Assembly: GCA_041288095.1 (NCBI GenBank)
Contig: JBGGMJ010000069.1
Span: forward strand, 1 to 25,414
From: Myxococcota bacterium
GTDB taxonomy: Bacteria > Myxococcota > XYA12-FULL-58-9 > JALHOP01
DNA: 25,414 nt
Reading direction: 5' to 3'
Below, piece after piece: positions 17,690 through 25,414 of this stretch. The notes below the pieces were generated by a model that did not search any database, was not told the DNA's origin, and was given only the letters and a program-made list of their open reading frames with translations. Within the stretch, counting starts at the first letter, position 1; the number at the start of each line of letters is the position of its first letter. The position numbers and the translations under genes were made by a program.

Positions 17690-17696
17690 AGCGTTG

Positions 17697-19568
17697 CTAT
17701 GCGACGAGCTTGAGCTCGGCGCGAGGACGGGCTTCGATGCCGACCGCGTTCGCGGCCGCGATCACCGTCTTGGTCTCGACCGAGTCGGCGCCGTAGAGAT
17801 CGGTCGCCGCCTTGATCCAGCCTTCACGCGCCTGCGCGAAGGTGGTGCTCGCGGTGGTGTAGGTGACGTGGGCGCGGTAGTAGATCTTGAGCGCCTTCTC
17901 CATGCCGATGCCCTTCTCGACCTTCATCTGCGAGGTGCGATTGGTGCCGCCCTGGCTGAGGAGGAAGAAGAAGTTGTTGGCGATGCCGGAGTTCAGGTGC
18001 ACGCCGCCGTTGTCGCCGCCGCCGGTGTAACGCGACTTGTAGTTGTCGCGTGAGTACATGTCGCCGCTGCGCTGCTCTTTGTCGCGCATCGGATCGTTCA
18101 TGTAGCGGAGCGCGTCGCCGGGCGTCGCCGGCGTCCAGCAGTCTTCACCGATGAGGAAGTCGGTCTCGATGCCGGTGTCCTTCATGCCGCGGAGGAACCA
18201 GCTGAAGCCGGCGCTGCCGAGGATGTCCGACGCGGCTTCGTTCAGCGCGCCCGACTCACCACGGTAGACGAGGCCGTTGGCGGCCTGCGTGAGGCCGTGC
18301 ATTGGCTCGTGGCTCGCGACGTCCTTGTCGACCAGGGGGCCGGCGGTCTTGTTGTCGCCGTCGCCGTAGTTCATCGTCGAGCCGTCCCAGTACGCGTTGA
18401 CGTAGTTCGAGCGCACGTGGACGTTCGACAAGAGGCGCATGCCCTTGCCGTCGAGGGAGTCGCGGCCGAAGAAGTCCTTGAGGAACTTCAGGAACTGCAC
18501 GGCGCCGAACTGCGCGTCGATGCCGGCGCGCTGGCGCACGTCGTCCGAGGTCTCGCCCCACTTGTTGTTGTTGTCGCTGATGACGACGTTGCCCGAGCCC
18601 GCGCCACCCGAGCCGTTGCGCGCGTCGCGCGTCTCGGCGTTATTGGCTTGCGGGTCACGCAGCAAGAACTTGCCGTTCTCTTCGGTGGTCGAGAGCGCGA
18701 CGTTGCCCAGGTAGATGCTGTTGCCGGTGCCTTCGACGGCGGAGCCGCTGAAGCCCTTGCCCTGCGACGACGCCTGCTCGCGGAAGCCTTGGAGGCGGAA
18801 GTCCGGGATGAAGCCGCCGTGCTCGTTGAACGTGAGCGGCAAGACTTCGCCGCTGTGCGCGTCCACGAAGTAGTGCATCTTGCGTGGGGCCTTGGCGTCG
18901 CCGTAGGTCGCCACCGTGACGTGGTGCGCGAGGTGATAGGCGCCGTCATCGGTCTTGGCGATGAGCAGCGTCGGGCCGCCGACTTGCTCGGCCTTGCCGT
19001 CGAAGCAAGCGCGCGCGGTCGCCAAAGCGGACTCGGCCGACTGCGTCGCCTTGGTGTCGACCGGGAGCTGCGCCGGCAGGGTGTTACCGGTGAAGTCCGT
19101 GGCCTTGCCGCTGGCGTCGAGGTGGCTGATGACCTGCTCACCGAACACGGGCAGCCCGTCGTAGAGGCGGTTCATGCGGACGTGGGTGAGACCGAGGTCG
19201 TCGGTGGTGGCGAGCGCCGGCGCGAAGCCGTGCTTGCTGGGGGCGAAGGGGAGGCGCGACTGCAGCGCGGCCAGGGCGGTGTGCACCGCGGCGACGGCCT
19301 TGCTCTCGCTCATGTTGACGAACTTGAAGCTCGGGCCGAACGCGGCGGCTCCGGAGAGCAGCTTGAGCGCGCCACCCATGTTAGCCGCTGAAAGGCTCTC
19401 GTCCATCGCCATCGGAGCGGGTCGGCTGGCCGCGGCGGCAAGACCGGAGACGGGGGCTTGCGGGGCCATCGCCGAAGCCTTCTTGGGCGCGCTGACCCCC
19501 GACATGGCGCCGCCGGTGACGGCGACCTTGGCAATGGAGGTTTGATTGACGCGGATAGTGTCGGTCAT
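17697..19568 (-). CDS. M4 (thermolysin-like) zinc metalloprotease, copy 1
   Basis: Propeptide DDLGLTHVRM and YFVDAHSG, then NAYW, HEPMH, GALNEAASD and GGVHLNSG. No signal peptide. Confidence 0.93.
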   Translation of the reverse strand: MTDTIRVNQTSIAKVAVTGGAMSGVSAPKKASAMAPQAPVSGLAAAASRPAPMAMDESLSAANMGGALKLLSGAAAFGPSFKFVNMSESKAVAAVHTALAALQSRLPFAPSKHGFAPALATTDDLGLTHVRMNRLYDGLPVFGEQVISHLDASGKATDFTGNTLPAQLPVDTKATQSAESALATARACFDGKAEQVGGPTLLIAKTDDGAYHLAHHVTVATYGDAKAPRKMHYFVDAHSGEVLPLTFNEHGGFIPDFRLQGFREQASSQGKGFSGSAVEGTGNSIYLGNVALSTTEENGKFLLRDPQANNAETRDARNGSGGAGSGNVVISDNNNKWGETSDDVRQRAGIDAQFGAVQFLKFLKDFFGRDSLDGKGMRLLSNVHVRSNYVNAYWDGSTMNYGDGDNKTAGPLVDKDVASHEPMHGLTQAANGLVYRGESGALNEAASDILGSAGFSWFLRGMKDTGIETDFLIGEDCWTPATPGDALRYMNDPMRDKEQRSGDMYSRDNYKSRYTGGGDNGGVHLNSGIANNFFFLLSQGGTNRTSQMKVEKGIGMEKALKIYYRAHVTYTTASTTFAQAREGWIKAATDLYGADSVETKTVIAAANAVGIEARPRAELKLVA

Positions 19569-19729
19569 TTGGCAGCTCTCTATGGTTTTTTGGGAACACG
19601 GGTGCGACGCCGTCGTTGGTTCGACGAGCCGCTATGGTGGGACCGAAACACAGTGCGGCGTTGCACCTCGCTGCTCTTGCAGCGGTGACTCGCTACGCCT
19701 TGCTCACGACATGTTGCGGTGTGCGTGAC

Positions 19730-19757
19730 TTATCGCGGCAAGGTGCGATCTGGTTTC
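19730..19757 (-). promoter_or_regulatory. Putative sigma28-like promoter GAAAC-N17-CGATAA upstream of the protease array
   Basis: Lies in the intergenic region about 160 nt before the copy-1 ATG. The -10 (CCGCGATAA) resembles FliA GCCGATAA and has the same layout as the motif at 11764-11790. Confidence 0.35.
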
Positions 19758-19762
19758 GTGGA

Positions 19763-20509
19763 TTACGTCGGGAAGGTGACGGCCGGTGGGGGAAACGCTG
19801 GTTTTGCCAGCAAGTAGCCCTGTCCAAAGTGGACCCCGGCATCGCGCACGGCGAGAAAATCGTCGCGTTCTTCGATACCTTCGGCGACCACGCGGCTCCC
19901 CATGTCGTTACACAGGGTGACGATCGAGCGCACGAGCCTGCGGGTTCGCTCGTTCTTACTGATGCCGTGCACCAGGTCCATGTCGAGCTTGACGATGTCC
20001 GGGACCAGCTCGGCGATGTAGCGCAGGTTCGAATAGCCGGCGCCGAAGTCGTCGATGACCAAGCGGACGCCCTTGCCGCGGATCTCCTGGAGGACACTGC
20101 TGCAGAAGGAGAAGTGCGAGAGCGGTACGGACTCGGTGATCTCGAGGTAGACCTGATCGTCGTGAAAGAAGATGGGGTCGTCGGTGCGCACGAGCCAGCC
20201 TTCGTCGAACTCGTTGGGGTTGACGTTGACGAAGAGCGGCCTGCCGGGACAACCCTCGATGGTCAGTTGGCGCAACAGATGGCCGAACTCGCCCATGGCC
20301 TTGTCTTCGATAGCGGCCGCGAGGAGCTCGAGCGGGCCCTTGAAGTCCGGCGACTTGCTGCGCGCCAGCGCCTCGTAGGCGAAGGTCTTGCCGGTGTGGA
20401 CGTCGACGATCGGCTGGTATGCGATGGACACCGCGCGCGTCGCGATGACGTCGCGGATGGAGCCTGCTCCGGGAGCCTTCGGGGTGTCGGAGCGTCCAAA
20501 GAGGGCCAT
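19763..20509 (-). CDS. Stand-alone EAL-domain c-di-GMP phosphodiesterase
   Basis: YQPIV, YEALAR, FVNV, LEITES, IDDFGAGYS, VKLD, VAEGIE and QGY are all present, so the catalytic set looks intact. Confidence 0.93.
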   Translation of the reverse strand: MALFGRSDTPKAPGAGSIRDVIATRAVSIAYQPIVDVHTGKTFAYEALARSKSPDFKGPLELLAAAIEDKAMGEFGHLLRQLTIEGCPGRPLFVNVNPNEFDEGWLVRTDDPIFFHDDQVYLEITESVPLSHFSFCSSVLQEIRGKGVRLVIDDFGAGYSNLRYIAELVPDIVKLDMDLVHGISKNERTRRLVRSIVTLCNDMGSRVVAEGIEERDDFLAVRDAGVHFGQGYLLAKPAFPPPAVTFPT

Positions 20510-20559
20510 CGTTACTCGCCAGCTTGTTTGCGATCGCGCTTTGACGCAAGACTATTTGC

Positions 20560-21951
20560 ATGTCCGAAGAAGCTCGCCTCCGTGGCCGTGCGGCCTCCGA
20601 AGGCGCGCGCCTGCTCGCCCTGCGTTATCTGGATGAGGCGACGCAAGCGGTTCCGCGCCTCACAGACCCAAATGACGCCGAATCCCTGCACGATTTTCGC
20701 GTAGGTCTGCGCCGACTCCGGAGTGTGCTCCGAGCCTACAGGCGCGAGCTCTCCGACACCGTGAGGGGCAAGGACCGGGACCGCATCGCCACCATCGCCC
20801 GTGGCACCAACGACGGCCGCGACGCCGAAGTGCAGCTCCTCTGGCTCGAGAAGCGCTTCGAAGAAGCGCCGGCGAAGATGCGCACCGGCCTCGAGTGGTT
20901 GCTGCCGCAGGTGCGCGCTCGCATGGACGCGGGGTACACCGCCGCCCGTGGTGACACCTCGGCGCATTTCGCCAAAGCCGAGCGGACGCTGCGCGAGCGC
21001 CTCTCGTATTACGACGTACGCGTGCAGCTCGGCGAGCCGGTGCGCCAGCCGAGCTTCGGCGAAATCACCGCCGACTTGTTGCGTGAGCATGTCGGCGACC
21101 TCGTTGCGCGGCACGCACTCGTCACCGGCGCTGGCGAGCAAGAGAACATCCACAACACCCGCATCGCGGCGAAGCGCTTGCGCTACCTGCTCGAGCCCTT
21201 GAAGGGCGAGGTCGACGGCGCTGGTCCACTCGTGAAGCGCTTGAAGGACCTGCAGGACGTGCTCGGCGAGCTGCACGATATGCACGTCATCGGTCTGACC
21301 TTGGCCGGCGCGATGGAGTCGGCGGTGTCGCAGCTCAAGCGCGACGAGTGTGATGGTCTCTTGTGGCTGACCGAAGCGGCGCGCAACGACCGCGACCGGC
21401 TCTACGCGCACTTTCAGAAGAGCTGGAGTACCGAGCACCTGACGAAGTTCGTCGATCAACTGCGCGCGGCCGCCGATGACCTGGGAAAGCGCGACGATAT
21501 CGAGATCGAGCGCAAGTATCTGCTGAAGGCGTTCCCGCGCGAGGTGCGCAAGGCGCCCTTCGACCAGATCGAGCAGGGATACCTGCCGGGCGAACGTCTG
21601 CTCGAGCGGATCCGCCGCGTGCGGGGTCCCGAGGGCGAACGTTATTACCGCACCATGAAGTTCGGTAGCGGCATGGTGCGCACCGAGATCGAGGAAGAGA
21701 CCAGCGCCGACCTCTTCAAGAAGCTTTGGCCGCTGACGCGGGGCAAGCGCGTCATCAAGCGCCGTTACACCGTGGCCAATGGCTCCGACACCTGGGTGTT
21801 CGATGTCTTTCGCGGACGCAAGCTCGTGCTCTGCGAGATCGAAGTCGAGAGCGAGAGCCGCGCCATCGTCATTCCCGAGTGGCTCTCGCCTTACGTCGTT
21901 CGCGACGTCACCGACGAGTCGGAGTACACCAACGTCAATCTGGCGTCCTGA
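20560..21951 (+). CDS. CHAD (polyphosphate-binding) - CYTH (triphosphate tunnel metalloenzyme) fusion
   Basis: CHAD motifs LHDFRVGLRRLRS, IHNTRIAAKRLRY and LQDVLGELHD. The C-terminal CYTH starts EIERKYL, with IEQGYL, KRRY and CEIE. Confidence 0.88.
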   Translation: MSEEARLRGRAASEGARLLALRYLDEATQAVPRLTDPNDAESLHDFRVGLRRLRSVLRAYRRELSDTVRGKDRDRIATIARGTNDGRDAEVQLLWLEKRFEEAPAKMRTGLEWLLPQVRARMDAGYTAARGDTSAHFAKAERTLRERLSYYDVRVQLGEPVRQPSFGEITADLLREHVGDLVARHALVTGAGEQENIHNTRIAAKRLRYLLEPLKGEVDGAGPLVKRLKDLQDVLGELHDMHVIGLTLAGAMESAVSQLKRDECDGLLWLTEAARNDRDRLYAHFQKSWSTEHLTKFVDQLRAAADDLGKRDDIEIERKYLLKAFPREVRKAPFDQIEQGYLPGERLLERIRRVRGPEGERYYRTMKFGSGMVRTEIEEETSADLFKKLWPLTRGKRVIKRRYTVANGSDTWVFDVFRGRKLVLCEIEVESESRAIVIPEWLSPYVVRDVTDESEYTNVNLAS

Positions 21952-23038
21952 GCCAGAGCCGGATTTTCAACCCGCCGTGGGCCATCGGTGGGTGCGGTGT
22001 GGTGAAGCCTTCGCCGGCGGCACGCGCGAGCTGTGCGTCGGTGGTCGCGAAGCCGAAGTGCCAGGCGGCGAAGGGTCCGCGTGCGAGGTTGCCGAGCGCC
22101 GCGTAGAGATCGCGCAGGCGCGACGCGTCGCCGATGCGCGTCCCATAGGGAGGGTTCGCGAGGACGAGACCCGGTTCCTTGGGCGGTACGGCGCGCGACA
22201 ACGGCTGCACCGCGACTTCCACGGGGACCCCGGCACGCTCGGCGTTGGCGCGCGTCGCCTCGATGGCGCCGCTATCGCGGTCAGAGGCGGAGATGAGCAC
22301 GGGCGACCGGCGCTCCTGGCGACGGGCCGCGTCGCGCAGGCCGCGCCACGCCTTTTCATCGAAGGCCTTCCAGGTTTCGAAAGCGAAGCGGCGCGCCATG
22401 CCGGGCGCCTTGCGGCAGGCGATGAGGCCGGCTTCGACGGCAATGGTCCCGGAGCCGCACAGCGGGTCGAGAAAGGGCACGCTACCATCGTAGTCCGCGG
22501 CAGCGAGCAGTGCGGCCGCCAACGTTTCGCGCATCGGCGCCTTGGCGCTCGCGAGCCGATAACCGCGCTTGTGGAGATGGGCGCCGGAGGTGTCGAGGCT
22601 GACGGTGCAAACGTCGTGGTCGATGCGGACGAGGAGGGTCGCGGGTGGGGTGTCGTCTTCGTCGAGGTGCGACGGGCCCGCGGGCGGCGCGCCGAGCTTG
22701 CCGTAGACGCGCTCGGCCACGGCTTTGGTGTGGTAGAGCTTGGAACGATGACACGTGACGCGGACCGCTAGTGGCGCTCGCTTGTCGAGTCGACCGCCGA
22801 AGCGGATGGCCGCTATGCCGCTCTCGAGCGCGCCGAAGCTCTTCGCTGGAAACGACGCGACTCGCAGCAAGACACGCCCGGCAATGCGCGAGCGCAGGTT
22901 GACGGCGTAGATGGCCTCATCCTCGCCGCGGACGGTGACGCCACCGGCCTCGGCCTCGCCGGGGTGGCCGAGGGCGGCGAGCTCACGCGCCAGCAGCGCC
23001 TCACAGCCGGGCGCGCAGACAACGAATAGCTCGCTCAT
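21935..23038 (-). CDS. THUMP-domain class I SAM-dependent RNA methyltransferase (RlmL-like, 23S rRNA m2G2445 type)
   Basis: Start ATG 23038 (MSELFVVCAPGCEALL). LHKRGYR, APMRETLAAALL, DPLCGSGT and NPPYG. 17-bp convergent overlap with the CHAD-CYTH gene. Confidence 0.88.
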   Translation of the reverse strand: MSELFVVCAPGCEALLARELAALGHPGEAEAGGVTVRGEDEAIYAVNLRSRIAGRVLLRVASFPAKSFGALESGIAAIRFGGRLDKRAPLAVRVTCHRSKLYHTKAVAERVYGKLGAPPAGPSHLDEDDTPPATLLVRIDHDVCTVSLDTSGAHLHKRGYRLASAKAPMRETLAAALLAAADYDGSVPFLDPLCGSGTIAVEAGLIACRKAPGMARRFAFETWKAFDEKAWRGLRDAARRQERRSPVLISASDRDSGAIEATRANAERAGVPVEVAVQPLSRAVPPKEPGLVLANPPYGTRIGDASRLRDLYAALGNLARGPFAAWHFGFATTDAQLARAAGEGFTTPHPPMAHGGLKIRLWLRTPD

Positions 23039-23077
23039 TGTGTTTCCATTTGTGGTGTCAGGTGTGTCGATGATCGC

Positions 23078-24079
<1,002 letters not shown>

Positions 24080-24499
24080 CAGCGTCGCCGTTTCACTCAG
24101 CCGTCGGCTGGCGGGACGCAGGAACCACGACGCCGCGACCAGGCTGAGGATGATGATCGGTGTCGCCACCGCGCTCGCTGGGTCGCCGACCGCGCGGTGC
24201 GAGAGGGCGGCTCCGGTGAGATCGAAGACCATGCCGGCGTAGGCCCACTCCTTCAGCAGCGGCAGGCGTGGCGCGACGATCACCACCGCGCCGGCGACCT
24301 TCCAAGCGCCGAGAATGACCGCGACGTAGGTGGCGTAGCCCAGATGCTGCATGGTCTCGACGAGCTGCGGCGGCCGGATGAGATCGAACACACCACCGGC
24401 GAGGAATACGAAGACGACGAGGGCCGTCGTCACCCAGTAACCAATCGTTTGCTTATTCATAGGGGGTCTCCTTGAGACCCTCACGATGGGCGCCCTGGG

Positions 24500-24524
24500 C
24501 ATTGGTGACAATGACGCGCCAATG
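24500..24524. promoter_or_regulatory. Inverted repeat CATTGG-N13-CCAATG, candidate LysR operator
   Basis: Dyad located between the divergent doxX and lysR genes, the usual position for LTTR sites. Confidence 0.35.
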
Positions 24525-24551
24525 CGCATCATATGCTACAAAATGTTACAA

Positions 24552-25414
24552 ATGCGCGCACCCATCGAATTCAGCGAGCTCGAGGCCTTTACCCGCATCG
24601 TCGACGCCAAGTCGCTGTCACGCGCGGCGGCGGAGCTCGGCGTGCCGCGCGCAACCATCGGCCGCCGTCTGTCGCGACTCGAGCAACGCCTGGGCGTGCG
24701 TCTGTTGAAGCGGACGACCCGCAGCCTCGGGCTCACTGACGCCGGTGAGGCGTTCTATCGCCAGGCGCGCATCGCCATCGATGCGGTACAGCAGGCGGCC
24801 GCGAGCGTCCGGGTACCCGGCGACGAGCTGTGCGGCGAGCTGCGTGTGTCGCTGCCCGCCATCATCGACGACGAATTCGAGAATCTGTTGCTCGACTTCG
24901 CGGCGAAGAACTCACGCGTGAAGCTCACTGTCGACGTCTCGACGAGGTTCGTCGACCTGCACCGGGACGGATACGACGTCGCAATCCGCGCCGGCACGAC
25001 GCTCGAGCCGGGCCTCATCGCCAGGACTCTCGCCCGCACGCGTCTGCTCGCCGTCGCCTCCCGCCGCTACATCGAGCAGCACGGGAGGCCCAAGACGAAG
25101 CGGGACCTGGCTCGTCACAAGTGCTTGTCGGGTTTCATGCGTGGCGAGCTGCCGCAGCCGACCTGGCCGCTCGCCAAAGGCGGGAAGCTCGCGGTGGCCA
25201 CGGTGTTCAGCAGCAACTCCATGGCGCTGTTGCTGTCGGCAACGCGCCGGCACCTCGGCATCGGCTTCCTACCCGACATGCTGGTCCAGCCATACCTTAC
25301 GTCGGGCGAGCTCGTCGCCGTGTTGCCGGGTGTCCTCGAGACGCCGGTGCGGCTCGCGGTGGTCTACAGAGAGCGCGAGCTCATGCCGCCGGCGCAACGT
25401 GCCTTCATCGATGC
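24552..25414 (+). CDS. LysR-family transcriptional regulator (CrgA-like), truncated at the window end
   Basis: Not in the ORF track because there is no stop in the window. Manual translation: MRAPIEFSELEAFTRIVDAKSLSRAAAELGVPRATIGRRLSRLEQRLGVRLLKRTTRSLGLTDAGEAFY...GELRVSLP...VDLHRDGYDVAIRAG. Confidence 0.95.
   Translation, partial: MRAPIEFSELEAFTRIVDAKSLSRAAAELGVPRATIGRRLSRLEQRLGVRLLKRTTRSLGLTDAGEAFYRQARIAIDAVQQAAASVRVPGDELCGELRVSLPAIIDDEFENLLLDFAAKNSRVKLTVDVSTRFVDLHRDGYDVAIRAGTTLEPGLIARTLARTRLLAVASRRYIEQHGRPKTKRDLARHKCLSGFMRGELPQPTWPLAKGGKLAVATVFSSNSMALLLSATRRHLGIGFLPDMLVQPYLTSGELVAVLPGVLETPVRLAVVYRERELMPPAQRAFID

Noticed and set aside
14120-19391. Long plus-strand ORFs (14120..15823, 15751..16824, 18297..19391; likewise 11872..12672)
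   Set aside because: Antisense shadows of the M4 genes. They recur opposite each paralog, as expected from high-GC codon bias, and show no protein motifs.
19616-21459. ORFs 19616..20704 (+) and 20512..21459 (-), and similar ones such as 9013..9906, 7967..9016 and 21779..22771
   Set aside because: Each is antisense to a gene with clear family motifs and has no recognisable features of its own.

Overview
High-GC bacterial chromosomal window with no mobile element, RNA gene or CRISPR visible; gene content suggests a Myxococcota/deltaproteobacterial origin (inference only). From left to right: (1) the 5' part of a myo-inositol-1-phosphate synthase; (2) a divergent cassette whose left arm is two paralogous type-I binding-protein lipoproteins plus a TonB-dependent receptor, and whose right arm is two more binding proteins, a hybrid histidine kinase and a single-domain receiver, with no permease or ATPase in the window; the kinase carries a CxxC-x17-CxxC rubredoxin/zinc-ribbon-like insert inside its HisKA domain; (3) a one-cysteine DksA/TraR protein; (4) a minus-strand block of four tandem thermolysin-like M4 metalloproteases and an ATP-grasp enzyme, all lacking a Sec signal peptide and starting with low-complexity N-termini; the proteases share an L-[V/F]-small C-terminus, the first protease and the ATP-grasp gene share a sigma28-like upstream motif, and one protease has a 7-bp repeat tract in its 5' end; (5) EAL phosphodiesterase, CHAD-CYTH fusion, RlmL-like methyltransferase, an unknown lipoprotein, DoxX and a partial LysR. 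The best candidates for an undescribed system are the transporter-less TBDR/binding-protein/zinc-ribbon-kinase cassette and the signal-peptide-less protease array.
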